Assembly: GCA_965214405.1 (NCBI GenBank)
Contig: OZ243956.1
Location: forward strand, 2,784,001 to 2,848,000
DNA: 64,000 nucleotides
DNA from: Trueperaceae bacterium
GTDB taxonomy: Bacteria; Deinococcota; Deinococci; Deinococcales; Trueperaceae
Direction: 5' to 3'
Of the stretch, positions 18,980 through 29,196 are shown in pieces. The first letter of the stretch is position 1, and every line of letters starts with the position of its first letter. Under the pieces are notes generated by a model. That model was not told the origin of the DNA and did not search any database. It saw only the letters and a program-made list of their open reading frames with translations. A program made the translations under genes and the position numbers.

Positions 18980-20305
18980 GGGTGCAACTCACGTAGTGGG
19001 GGAAGAAAAGGCGTGGTGCCTTATGGTGTCATGGGAGACGAGCGGCTGCTTGGAACAACGCCTAGCTCTAAAAGAAGCCATGCGACCTGCGCCAGGACGC
19101 GACCACTGCATCCCCGACTGTTTCATGCGGAAGCCGATGACGCTCTTGTTGACGCCCTCGACTTGACCAGAGCCAATGGGTAAGCCACAATTTTTATAAC
19201 TGGGGTAATCCATATGGTGTTGACGTTCTTGAAGATAGCGTAAAGCCGTTTGTGATGTGTCATCCCAGCTCAGCCAAACAGCAGGGTCAGGACGATGCGT
19301 TTGTAACCAATCCGCAGCAGCAATCTCGCCGCTAAGCCAAGAGCGTCTTGTTTGGCTACGTTCGCGCTCATCCCAGCCGAGAGCTTCCATAAGGGTGTCA
19401 AGGTAAGCACTGCTGTGGTAAACGTCGATGATGTGTGGGATACCCAGATGCTCGTAAAGGTTTTTGATCCAACTCGCGCCATCGCTCAGGCCGACGACTT
19501 CATCATCTTGTCTCAGGCCTGCTTCACGCATCAGCCCCGCTACTTGGTCGGTAAACGCTGTCGCCTCACACACATCGGCTAACAGGCTGCGTTGCTGAGG
19601 TGCAGACACCGGGTGGATCACCGCGCTCTTGATCTCGATGCCGCCACAAACCCCGTCCTGAGCTTTTTCGAGCACCCGCACCCCGTCAACTTCAATCACC
19701 ACTTTCCGCCCTCGTCCTGCTAGCAACGCTGCATCTTTGGCCGTGTCCAGCAGCTCGCGCGTTTGCGCCTGACAAGCGCTGGCGTAAGGTTGGGTCAAGC
19801 GCTCCAAGCCCGCGCGACTCATGCCCGGCAACATCTCAAAGTCACGGCTGACTTCTACCGCTTTTTCATACGATAAAGCGCTACTCAAACGCATCATCAC
19901 GTTCAATGCGCCCGCTGTCCAACCACTGCCGTCTAAGTTTGGGTCCAGGGCGACTTGGCAATGTCTGCCGTCTTTGTGTTCGTACCTTTGACTGGGTACG
20001 CGCACGCTCCCCCAGAAGTGCTTGACCTCAAGCTCGCCCCGTCCGTCTTTATGCCAACCCTCGCTTTTGTTCATCAGAGGGGGGAAAATCCTGGCTCTCA
20101 ACCAGGTGCTGCATCAGGCGACTCATCAGGCTACTTTGTCGCTTTAGCAAGGCCGCTTCTATTTCGTTCATGCTCGCTTTCGTCCCTAGCTCCTGCTTTA
20201 TCTCCGCAACAATGCTCTTGATGATGGCGTCCAGTTCTTCTACCCTTTGCTCTGCGTCTGTTGTCATCGTCCTGTTTTATCACCCCCATTCACTGAGTTG
20301 CACCC
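18980..20305 (-). mobile_element. ISKra4-like (IS256/Mutator superfamily) insertion sequence, 1326 bp
   Basis: Terminal IRs GGGTGCAACTCA-N5-TGGGGG; 8-bp target duplication CATCGGCT (18972-79 and 20306-13); contains orfA and orfB. Confidence 0.92.
18989..20267 (-). CDS. Transposase in two frames (orfA 20049-20267, orfB 18989-20101), joined at a T4C6 run
   Basis: IEVDGV, SDGASWI, IDVYH (D-x-x-H) and PIGSGQVEG..K..IGFRMKQSGMQWS. Confidence 0.88.
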
Positions 20306-20764
20306 CATCGGCTCTGGACAATAGAAGGAGCCAATAAGTGGGTGGTGAGCTCACGCGCGTAGTGGGATGCAGTAGTCCAGAGCGGGCGCAGGCAGCCGCG
20401 AATGGCGTCGATGCGCGCGCTCTTGTGCAGCAAGAAGCCTCTGCTTACCTTCTAACGAACTTAGACTTCAGGCTTATCCGCAACCCTTACCTCAGACGCT
20501 TCAGCAAGCTGCCTAATCCGCTCTCGGAGCGATGCACCCAGCCGACGGAAAACGGAAGAGCGATATAAAAGTCTACTCACAAAGGCTGAGTGAAATTTAG
20601 GAACCAAGCGGCCAGACGCGGTCATAAGTTTTGTGCGAGAGCCGCGCGCAACTGTTGCCTAAAATCAACCAAAAACAGACGCGCTAAAAACGTCGTCACA
20701 CTCAATTTTGTGGGTAGTCCTCAGGCTTAGACTTTTCGGCACCCTCCTTACGCCTACTAACCTG

Positions 20765-21904
20765 TTAACGCTCGAGAACCAAGTCTCGAGCAAACCCCGT
20801 CAACACCTCTACCCCTTCGTCTGTTACCACCACATCGTCCTCGACACGCACGCCGCCGAGCCCCGGCACGTACACGCCCGGTTCGATGGTAAAGATCATG
20901 CCCGGCTCTAAAAGGTCCGTGACACCCGCGGCAATCTGTGGGATAGGCTCATGAACCTCCAGCCCTAAGCCGTGCCCCGTGCGGTGGATAAAGCGAGGGC
21001 CGTACCCGGCGTCTTCGATGACGCGCCGCGCCGCCCTGTCCACCTTGCCCATCGGCACGCCCGGCCCGGCGGCTTTTACAGCGGCCCGGTTCGCGCGCAG
21101 CACCGCGTCGTGGACGCGCCGCATCTCCTCACTGGGGGTTCCCAAACAAAAGGTCCGGGTGATGTCCGCGGGGTAGCCTTCTACGGTGCCGCCGAAGTCG
21201 AGAAGCAAAAACTCACCTTTTTGGAGCGCCCGGTCGCTCACGCCGCCGTGGGGCAAGGCGCTGTTGGGTCCCGTCTGGACGAGCGAGCCGAACGCCTCGC
21301 CCTCGCTGCCCTCCGCGCGCAGCGCCTCGGTGAGTTGTGCGGCGATGGCGCGCTCCGTCATGCCCGGTTCTAGCCCTGACAACACCCTCTCGAGCGCCCT
21401 TTCACTTAGCTTGACGGCCCGGCGCACGGCGTCCACCTCCCCCGCCGTTTTTCTCGCCCGGATGGCGATGAGGTCGCGCTCGAGCGGCTTTACCCGCAAC
21501 GTTTCGTTCACACGCTTGAACGCCAGCCACTCGCTCACCCGCATCGTCATGCCGTCCACGCCGAGCGTCCCGCCCCGGAGCCCTAGTCCCGCCACCGCCT
21601 CTTTGAACGCGCCTTCAAACCCCGCCTCGTCCGTCCACACGAACGCCTGCGCCGCCAAGTCGGGGCGGGCGTCTAGCTGGGGCAGCTCGAGCTCGGGAAT
21701 AATCACCGCCACCCCACCGTCCGGTGTGAAATCCGGTGTGAAAAGCGCGATGATGGGTCTTTCCGAAAGGTGAAAGTGGAGCCCGATAAAGTAGACCAGG
21801 TTCGCCCCCGGCACGAGCGCCACCGCGTCTACGCCGCGAATACTTCGCAGCTTCTCCTGCCGCTCTGCGTAGTCCGGCCCTCCTGTCTTTGGTTGACGCG
21901 TCAC
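20765..21904 (-). CDS. Xaa-Pro peptidase (M24B)
   Basis: [31 protein letters not shown] and [15 protein letters not shown]. Confidence 0.95.
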   Translation of the reverse strand: MTRQPKTGGPDYAERQEKLRSIRGVDAVALVPGANLVYFIGLHFHLSERPIIALFTPDFTPDGGVAVIIPELELPQLDARPDLAAQAFVWTDEAGFEGAFKEAVAGLGLRGGTLGVDGMTMRVSEWLAFKRVNETLRVKPLERDLIAIRARKTAGEVDAVRRAVKLSERALERVLSGLEPGMTERAIAAQLTEALRAEGSEGEAFGSLVQTGPNSALPHGGVSDRALQKGEFLLLDFGGTVEGYPADITRTFCLGTPSEEMRRVHDAVLRANRAAVKAAGPGVPMGKVDRAARRVIEDAGYGPRFIHRTGHGLGLEVHEPIPQIAAGVTDLLEPGMIFTIEPGVYVPGLGGVRVEDDVVVTDEGVEVLTGFARDLVLER

Positions 21905-22000
21905 CGCTCTTCCTCCGTTAAAATTCTACAACTGCTTCACGCCTTTTAGGCTGTTTTATTTATTATCTTTCCACTGCGCAGCTTTCGGCGCTCCTGAACG

Positions 22001-22309
22001 TTAGTTCAGCACTCGCACCTCGTCGGCCTGGACCTCACCGTCCAACAGAACGCCCTGAACCCATACGCGTGTGCCCGGCGTCACGGCGCTCAGGATGAGG
22101 GGTTCGCCTGTTGAGTTCAAGAGAGTCGTTTGCGCGTCTGTGACGATGAGATAAACTCTGCCGCCTTCACGCACATAGAGGTTTGGCAGGGCCACTTGGC
22201 GAGCAACCTCTCCAACAAAAGACGTTTGGGGCGGTTCTTCGCACGCCGCCGTGCGGGGGGCGCAGGAAGCGAGCCCGAAAAAGAGAAGGAGACCGAGCAG
22301 AAAACGCAT
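22001..22309 (-). CDS. Small lipoprotein (102 aa), OB-like beta domain
   Basis: MRFLLGLLLFFGLAS-C lipobox; leaderless TAAACT-N7-ATG; the longer ORF-track start lies inside the Kelch gene. Confidence 0.75.
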   Translation of the reverse strand: MRFLLGLLLFFGLASCAPRTAACEEPPQTSFVGEVARQVALPNLYVREGGRVYLIVTDAQTTLLNSTGEPLILSAVTPGTRVWVQGVLLDGEVQADEVRVLN

Positions 22310-22401
22310 AAGGGGGAGTTTAAGGCAGCTCGAGATGAGGCTGTTGAGGCCGCGGCACCAGATGAAATCTGCTGAACTGGAAAATGCGGTGGGCAGCAGC
22401 G

Positions 22402-24132
22402 CTACTGCCCCACCCAGGAATCGTTTTCGGGCTGAGCATTGGGCGCTGAGCCCGTGGTGACGACCAGTTGACCGTCCACAAAACCCGCCACAGGTGACTG
22501 TCTGGGCGCGGGTAGAGGCGTGAGGTCGCGCCAGGCGTCCGCCGCGGGGTCGTACTCCAAAACCGCCTCGACCTCCTTTGACTTTTGCGTCACGCCGCCC
22601 ACGACGATGATGTGGCCGCCCCAGGCGAGCGTCGAGGCCGAGGTGTGCGAGAGCGGCAGCGGCAACGGGGCCACCGCCTGCCATGTTCCGGTGGCGGGGT
22701 CGAAAGCGTCCACGCTTACTTGGTTGCCCCCCTCCTCATCACCCAGATGCTGCCCGCCTACCGCGTAAATTTTGCCGCCCAGGGCCGCGCCCGCGATGTG
22801 GTTGCGCGGATTGGGGAGCGGCGCGGCACCCTCCCAGGCCACCGGGTTGTCCAAGTCGAGCGTCCAGTGGTCGCCCTTATCCTCTAGATAACGCCCTCCC
22901 ACGCGAACCGTGCCGCCAAAGAAGTGCAGCGTCCGGCCGAGCTTGACGAGCGCGCCGCCGCCACGCTTTTCGGGTAGCGACGGTCCCCGTTCCCAGGTAT
23001 CTTCGCGCGTGTTGTAAACGAGCACGACGTCGGAACTGGGGCCGGGATGATCTCCGGCAAAGCCGCCTGCCAGATAGACCCGCTCGCCGTCCACCGCGGT
23101 GCCCGCGTGGGTCATCGGCACAGGCATATCGCTCCGCCTCTTCCAGGTGTTGGCGGCAACGTCGTAGGCAAACACCTCGGCGGTCGCTTTCACATCGTGG
23201 GTGTAAAAACCGCCGAACACATAAAGAGCGCCGCCAACGGCTGCGCCCTGCGATTCGAACAGCGTGAGGGGCGCGTCCGCGGCGTCCTGCCACGCCAAAG
23301 GCGCGGTCTCGGGCGGCGACGTGACGTTAACCGTAAGACTCGCTTGAGACGCAGCTTCAGTTCCGTCACCCGCCCCGTCAAAGGTGACGCGCACCCCGTA
23401 GGCGTAGCTTCCGGGCGTGGCGGTGCTCGAGGGCGCGCTTAGGGTAAGTTCGAAATCCGCGCCGTCTGTAACGCCCTCTGAAGCGCCGTCTAAGGGTTTT
23501 ACCTCCCACTTAACACCGCTTGCGGCGCTGAGGGGGGCACCGTCGGCGTCGGTCAGGGTCAGGGTCGGCTCGCCGGAAACGTTTTGTTCGTTCTCGAGCG
23601 TCACCACCAGCGAGGTCGCGCCGTCCAACGTCACGTCCACCGCGCTCTGAGACAGCTCGAGGCCGAAACCCGGTTCCGGCTCAGGCGCAGGTCCTGGTGC
23701 GGGCTCCGGTTCCGGCTCTCCCTTGCTCAACACCAAGTCCGCTTTTCTGGTGTTGTCGGACGTGTTAAAGGTTGCGCCGGAAAAACTGTCGGCGCTGCTA
23801 AAGGTGCCGTCCAGTCGGGTGTCTCCGGCACCCGCCGACAGCGCGTCTCCCGTGAGCGTGCCCGTGTAGAGTACGGGGTCCGAAGCGCCCTGGCGGTACT
23901 CGAGCGTTACAGCCGTTCCTGCCATTTGCAGGCTCCAGGTCACGCCTACTGGCTCGGGCGCTCCCCCAGCCTGTTCAGCCTGAGGGGTCGCCGTGCCGTG
24001 CCACGGGCCGCTAACGTCATAGGTCGGCACTACGGGTGTGGTGACGGCATCCTCGCTGTTGCAGGCTGCAAGAACGACCATCACAGAAAGAACAACAAAA
24101 AAGGTGGAGGGGGGAAGGTTTTTCATAATCAA
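22402..24132 (-). CDS. Secreted lipoprotein with a C-terminal Kelch beta-propeller
   Basis: LAA-C lipobox, PE/PAP linker and about six GG...Y/W Kelch repeats. Confidence 0.88.
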   Translation of the reverse strand: MIMKNLPPSTFFVVLSVMVVLAACNSEDAVTTPVVPTYDVSGPWHGTATPQAEQAGGAPEPVGVTWSLQMAGTAVTLEYRQGASDPVLYTGTLTGDALSAGAGDTRLDGTFSSADSFSGATFNTSDNTRKADLVLSKGEPEPEPAPGPAPEPEPGFGLELSQSAVDVTLDGATSLVVTLENEQNVSGEPTLTLTDADGAPLSAASGVKWEVKPLDGASEGVTDGADFELTLSAPSSTATPGSYAYGVRVTFDGAGDGTEAASQASLTVNVTSPPETAPLAWQDAADAPLTLFESQGAAVGGALYVFGGFYTHDVKATAEVFAYDVAANTWKRRSDMPVPMTHAGTAVDGERVYLAGGFAGDHPGPSSDVVLVYNTREDTWERGPSLPEKRGGGALVKLGRTLHFFGGTVRVGGRYLEDKGDHWTLDLDNPVAWEGAAPLPNPRNHIAGAALGGKIYAVGGQHLGDEEGGNQVSVDAFDPATGTWQAVAPLPLPLSHTSASTLAWGGHIIVVGGVTQKSKEVEAVLEYDPAADAWRDLTPLPAPRQSPVAGFVDGQLVVTTGSAPNAQPENDSWVGQ

Positions 24133-24793
24133 ATCCTAATGGCTGAGAGTTTGAGTTTGCTGAAAAGCGGGATTAGCTGCGTTACGCGCCTATACACTAT
24201 GTACAGTTTTATTACGGCGCGACGGTATATTAATGTTACAAAAGATACTTTTCCTTAAAATGTCCACCGGCTCCTGTTCTGGATTTCGCGCAAGACGGTG
24301 GGGTATCAATTTATCTACCGTCTATCTGTGGTTCATCTGCCGACGAAGCTCGTTTATCTTTGACCGAGCCTGCACTGAAGCTTACGTGCTGGACCGTATT
24401 TTTGCCATACGTGTTTGTGGGGTCGCGTCGCCATTGATGATCGCCATTGATGTAGGTCTCCTCGGCTGGTTGGGTGGTGGCACGTTGAGTGGGTGTAAAG
24501 CCATAAGTTGGTGCCTACTCAGAAGTGTCACATATCGTAAATTTGAGCGAGTAATTTTGCGCCAGTGACGAGGCCGGTATAAAACTGTACACGCATTACG
24601 TGGTACCGCGTTACATCATGCACCGCTCAGTTCTTGGTGTCAGGTTATGAGTTTATGAGCGCATCAGCTCCTTACGACTCGTCACGCCCGACCACCTTTT
24701 TAGCACACGCGGCGGGAGACGCTTTATAATACGGAGTGGGTTTCTGAGAAGGTGTTGCGTCAGGGTCTTACCTATCCATCATAGCCGCGCCAC

Positions 24794-24809
24794 TGTGAAC
24801 TAGTTCACT
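24794..24809. promoter_or_regulatory. CRP-like box TGTGA-N6-TCACT
   Basis: TGTGAACTAGTTCACT contains a perfect 14-bp palindrome and lies in a 750-bp intergenic region. Confidence 0.4.
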
Positions 24810-24879
24810 TGATGAGGCTAAACCGGTGGCAGCAAACTCGTAACGCCAAGCTCATAACACCAAGGCGGGTGACTCGAGC

Positions 24880-25806
24880 CTAAACCGCTTTTTGCTCCGT
24901 CCTCTCCACCAGAGCGTCGTCCTCTTTCGCTCTTCTAGACAAAGCGTCTTTAGCCACAGCGGTTCCGGCAAAGTCCGGATTGGCGCGGCGCGGGGGTTCT
25001 CGCTCGTACGTCGCCGCGTCCACCTGAAGGAGGGCGAACTCGGGATTGCCGCCGCGCTCTTTCCACACGCGCGGCTTGGCGGGCAGGCCCAACCCGACCA
25101 CGTGCGGGTCTAGGTCGCGCGTGGCGAGCGCGAACGCGCCCAACATGCTGTCGTCACTCAGCACGGTGCCCGCCAAAACGGTCGCGTGGTACGCCACGCG
25201 GACGCCCCGACCGATGACCGTCTCTTTGAGCGTGACGTCGGCGGGCTCGAGCACGTCGTGCGTGTGGCTGTAGACGTTGACAAAGTCCGACAAGGACGCG
25301 CCGTCATGAATTTTAACCCCGCCGATGTCGTCGATAAACACGTGGCGGTGGATGACCACGTCGTCGCCCACCTCGAGGTTGTAACCCACCGAGACCTCGA
25401 CGTTTTGAAAAATCTTGAGGTTTTTGCCCGCGCGCGCGAAGATGCGCTCCGCGAGCATCCGGCGCAGGCGCACGCCGCTATAAACGGACTGGCCCAGAGG
25501 CGTCGTGTCGAGACCTTTCCAGAGCCAGAGGAGCGGCTTCACGCGGGCGAAACGGTCCTTGTCGGTTGCGACGTAATACTCCGCCTCGAAGGTGATGTTG
25601 CGCGGGTCCAGCGCGAGCGCCGCGAGCGGCGACGCGGCCTCGAGCTCCCCGTAAGCACGTCCGTACAAAAGCTCGGCAAGCGTGTCCCGCACGGTCTCGT
25701 TGCGGTCTAAGCTCTCGTCGTCGAGCCGCTCGGCAAGCTCCCGGACGAAACGCTCGAGCGTTTCCTCGGCGCTTGGGGCGGGGCGGCGGTCGGTAAGCCA
25801 GGGCAT
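24880..25806 (-). CDS. Left-handed beta-helix (hexapeptide) acyltransferase
   Basis: NLEVGDDVVIHRHVFID, TVIGRGVRVAYHATVLAG and GLPAKP; RBS GAGGAG before ATG 25806. Confidence 0.88.
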   Translation of the reverse strand: MPWLTDRRPAPSAEETLERFVRELAERLDDESLDRNETVRDTLAELLYGRAYGELEAASPLAALALDPRNITFEAEYYVATDKDRFARVKPLLWLWKGLDTTPLGQSVYSGVRLRRMLAERIFARAGKNLKIFQNVEVSVGYNLEVGDDVVIHRHVFIDDIGGVKIHDGASLSDFVNVYSHTHDVLEPADVTLKETVIGRGVRVAYHATVLAGTVLSDDSMLGAFALATRDLDPHVVGLGLPAKPRVWKERGGNPEFALLQVDAATYEREPPRRANPDFAGTAVAKDALSRRAKEDDALVERTEQKAV

Positions 25807-26112
25807 GGGTCTCCTCAGCTCTACCTTAGCCCCCCAAGAAGCGAAAAGCGCGTAAGGTAGCCGACGCACCTTGTAAGAACGCACCCCATAAGAACGCCCA
25901 CCGTGACCCAGGGTGTGTTGACCTTCTAGATTATCCGCCAAGAGATTTATCGTGCTGCAAGCGAGAAGCAAGGAGCGAAGAGGTTTGCGAAGCGCGAAAA
26001 CTTACCCGCGTCTCGAGCTTGAATGATTTTCTTAAAACGCAAATGTCAGCACAACCTAGGTCGACCCAGGGAAAAAAGCAATTCAACCTTTCACTTGATA
26101 AACCAAAGCGAG

Positions 26113-26967
26113 TCACCGTCTGAGGGCGTAAGGTCCCGCCTCATCCGCCCCCACATGAAGCACCCGCATCTCGTTCATAAGCTTCTTGAGCCCCGCGAGC
26201 AGACTACGTTCGGCCATGCCCTCAAGCTCCGGGTGAAGCTCGGGGTAGACGGCGCGGCGGAGTTCGGCGAGGGTCAGAGGACTGCCCTCGAGCGCCGCCA
26301 GAACCTGCCCCTCACGCGCCAGCCGGTGCGCTTTAATTTCTTCTAGCTTCTCCTTGGGATTGGTCACAAGGGGGCCGTGACCGGGGCCGATGGTGGTGAG
26401 GGGGAGCTCGAGAAGCCCCTCCACCGTCTTTAAGAAGGCCGCCACATCGCCCTCGGGCAGCCCCACCCAGGTCGAGCCCTCGCCCGCCACCACGTCGCCC
26501 GCCAAAAGCGTCTGGGGGTCGGGAAGGTAAAAAGAGAGGTGGCCGGGGGAGTGACCGGGCGTGTGGAGCGCGCGCACCGTTTTGTCGCCGACCGTGAGGG
26601 TGCGGTCGCCGGGGAGCGCCCGCGCATTTTTCGCGCCACTTTCGGTGAGGCGGGGAAGCTCGAGCGGGTGGACGTACACGGGCGGGTCGCCGAAATGCGC
26701 CTGCACGCGCGCCACACCCTCGAGATGGTCGGAATGCGTGTGGGTCAGCAAGATGGCCTTGAGGAATGTTACGCCAGTCTCCTCGAGGGCGCGCTTCACA
26801 ACCTCCACCGCCTCTAAGGTGTCGCTCCCCGCGTCCACCAGCACACCGACACCCCCGTCGGAAACGACGTAGCTGTTGGTGTGGTCAAAGGGCGGCAGCG
26901 TGCGGCTCGGCAGCGGCAGGCGCAGAACGCCCGGCGCGACGCGTTCGGTTTGTATGGGTTCAGTCAT
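26113..26967 (-). CDS. MBL-fold metallo-hydrolase (LACTB2-like, with C-terminal winged helix)
   Basis: TLPPFDHTNSY, THTHSDH, TPGHSPGH, AGD and PGHG. Confidence 0.92.
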   Translation of the reverse strand: MTEPIQTERVAPGVLRLPLPSRTLPPFDHTNSYVVSDGGVGVLVDAGSDTLEAVEVVKRALEETGVTFLKAILLTHTHSDHLEGVARVQAHFGDPPVYVHPLELPRLTESGAKNARALPGDRTLTVGDKTVRALHTPGHSPGHLSFYLPDPQTLLAGDVVAGEGSTWVGLPEGDVAAFLKTVEGLLELPLTTIGPGHGPLVTNPKEKLEEIKAHRLAREGQVLAALEGSPLTLAELRRAVYPELHPELEGMAERSLLAGLKKLMNEMRVLHVGADEAGPYALRR

Positions 26968-27117
26968 GGCGTGTGTGGAGGTGGGGAACAAAGAAGATAG
27001 GGCAATAAGGCGGTGTAGAAGTGTGGGAACAGAGTGTGGGGCCGTGAAACCTCTTCCCACCCTCCGCATTCCCGTCTCCCCCGCGCCCTGTCCCCCACCT
27101 CCCGTGCTCCCTATCCC

Positions 27118-28092
27118 CTACTGTCCCGTCAAAAATGCGACCGCGGCGTCCAAGGCCCCGTCCGGCTGGGTCTCAATGTCGGGCACCACGCCGCGGCCCT
27201 CCCAGGTCGCGCCGCGGATGGGAGCCAACACGCCCGTGGCAATCCAGGCTTGCGAGCCGTCGCGGAGGCAAAAGGGCAGCACCGCCTCGACGTTGCCCGC
27301 GCTCCTTTCGCCGACGACGGTGGCGCGCCCGTTGGCCTGGAGCGCGCCCGCCAAGCCCTCGGCGGCGCTGTTCACATCGCCGTCAATAAGGACCGCCAAA
27401 GGCAGCTCGGTCTCGACGGCTCCCAGCGCGGGATAAGGGAGGGGCAGCGTCCAGCGGGTGAGGGTGCGCCACAAGAAGCCGCTCGTAAAAATCCCGGCGG
27501 TCTGCATCATCTCGACCAAACGACCACCAGGGTTGCCGCGCAGGTCGAGCACGAAGCTCTGCGCGCCTTCACCCTTCAGGTCCTGCACTGCCCGCCGCAG
27601 ATTTTGCGAGGTTCCGGGGGTGGCTAAGTCGGGCACGCGCAAGTAGCCCACGCCCGCGTCAAGGAGTTCAAAATCTATCTTGCCGCGGTTTCCCTGACTG
27701 CCCTGGACGCTGCCAAACACGCCCAGGCAGGGCAGGTCGCCGTACTCTCTTCTAATCTCCTCCACCCGGTCGGGCGGCACAAAGACGGAGTGATTGTCGC
27801 CCAATTCACCGTACATGTTTTCTAGAACGCCGTAAAAGGCGCGGTCGTTTTTGGCGGAGAGGGCTCGGGGTTCGTACTCGAGCCGAACCGCGTCCCAGTC
27901 CACCCCCTCGAACGTCGCGTCCCAATACCGCTCCTCGACGAGTTCCCAGGCGTTGTTAAAGCGGGTGGCGTAGTCCTGCTGAGTCTGGGTAGCTTGCGCG
28001 TTTGCCGTGAAAACGAACGGCGTAGCGGTCATCATAGTCATGACTACGGCGCACACGAAAAGAAACCTCACAAGGCTTTTAGAGGATGTCAT
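27118..28092 (-). CDS. S41 family peptidase, secreted, no obvious PDZ domain
   Basis: LDLRGNPGG, NSAAE, VVGERSAG and EGRGVVPD. Confidence 0.9.
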   Translation of the reverse strand: MTSSKSLVRFLFVCAVVMTMMTATPFVFTANAQATQTQQDYATRFNNAWELVEERYWDATFEGVDWDAVRLEYEPRALSAKNDRAFYGVLENMYGELGDNHSVFVPPDRVEEIRREYGDLPCLGVFGSVQGSQGNRGKIDFELLDAGVGYLRVPDLATPGTSQNLRRAVQDLKGEGAQSFVLDLRGNPGGRLVEMMQTAGIFTSGFLWRTLTRWTLPLPYPALGAVETELPLAVLIDGDVNSAAEGLAGALQANGRATVVGERSAGNVEAVLPFCLRDGSQAWIATGVLAPIRGATWEGRGVVPDIETQPDGALDAAVAFLTGQ

Positions 28093-28170
28093 ACCCCATC
28101 CTACCGCGCATCCTGATTTTCACGGTGCTTTCACAGTGCTAGAGCGACGCTGTATCAAAGAGACGCTGTA

Positions 28171-29118
28171 CTAAAGAGATTCAACGGCCAGCATTCTTTT
28201 GGCGTGGGTCTCGAGCTCCTTAGCACTCAACTTGTAACTCTGCGCGCCGATGCGGGTGGTGTTTAAGGCCCCCGCGATGTTGCCGAGCCGCGCGGCGTAG
28301 TGCAGGTCGTAGCCCTCCATGATGCCGTGCGCGAAGGCGGCGGTGTAGTAGTCGCCCGCGCCCGTCGTGTCGAGCACGTTGTCGAGCTCAAAGGCCTCGA
28401 CGAGCTCGGTCAACTCCGGGGTCACCACAATCGAGCCCATCGCGCCCACCTTGACGATAACCCGCTCGATGCCCGCCGCCGCGAGCCCCGAGACCGCGTC
28501 CGAGATGGAGGACTCGCCCGTAAGCGTGTAGAGTTCCTGCTGGTTCATGAGCAGATAGTCCACCTCGCGCACGAGCGAGATGAGGCGGCCCTGGAGCGCG
28601 TTGACCGCGCCCGAGCCCATGTCGATAAAGGTGGTGAGGCGCGCGCGTTTAGCGGCCTCTAGCGCGCGCACCGCGTACTCGCGCTGCAAGCCGCCAATCA
28701 AACTGTAGGCGCTCATGACGAGCGCTTCGCAGTCGCTGACCATGCCGGGCTTGAGTTCGGCGGCGTCTAAGTTGCGGCTCGCGCCGCCCGCGCTAATCAT
28801 GGTGCGCTGCGTGTCGGGAGTCACGAGCAGCGTGACCGAGCTTGTTTGCAGGCGGTGGTCCACCTGCACCAGGCTCGTGTCCACCCCGGCGGCGCGCACG
28901 TGCTTGAGCGCCAGGTCGGCAAAAGGACCCTCGCCGACGCGCGTCGCCAACCGCACGTCGTTGCCGAGCATCGCCAGGGCGGTGGCGATGGTGCCGCCCG
29001 CACCGCCGGGTTCCATCACCGCTCGAGACGCCGACGCCTCGCCGCCCGATTCGGGCAGCTCGCTCACAAAATACATTTGGTCGACGGTCACATCGCCGAC
29101 AACAAAAAATTTACACAT
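28171..29118 (-). CDS. PfkB family carbohydrate kinase
   Basis: PGGAGG, MNQQE and DTTGAGD. Confidence 0.93.
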   Translation of the reverse strand: MCKFFVVGDVTVDQMYFVSELPESGGEASASRAVMEPGGAGGTIATALAMLGNDVRLATRVGEGPFADLALKHVRAAGVDTSLVQVDHRLQTSSVTLLVTPDTQRTMISAGGASRNLDAAELKPGMVSDCEALVMSAYSLIGGLQREYAVRALEAAKRARLTTFIDMGSGAVNALQGRLISLVREVDYLLMNQQELYTLTGESSISDAVSGLAAAGIERVIVKVGAMGSIVVTPELTELVEAFELDNVLDTTGAGDYYTAAFAHGIMEGYDLHYAARLGNIAGALNTTRIGAQSYKLSAKELETHAKRMLAVESL

Positions 29119-29196
29119 CGACCCTTCCCCCGAGTGGCCTCACAAACGTTGCTTGAGGCAGTATACGGCTAATTCGCAAAAAATACCACTATTCCC

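Noticed and set aside
20338..20568. 76-aa ORF with an RBS beside the IS
   Set aside because: RVVGCSSPERAQAAA faintly recalls a Gfo/Idh/MocA N-terminal fragment, but it is too short and degenerate to call
22310..22684. N-terminal extension of ORF 22001-22684 and similar extensions (25971, 27069, 46510, 53435, 56316)
   Set aside because: They overlap upstream genes or promoters; lipobox, RBS or leaderless signals support shorter starts
24233..24568. 111-aa ORF in the intergenic gap
   Set aside because: Cys/Arg-rich atypical composition and no translation signals
25868..25897. TAAGAACGC direct repeat upstream of the acyltransferase, considered as a LexA-type box
   Set aside because: The GTTC spacing (N11) does not match the GTTC-N7-GTTC box, and there are only two copies
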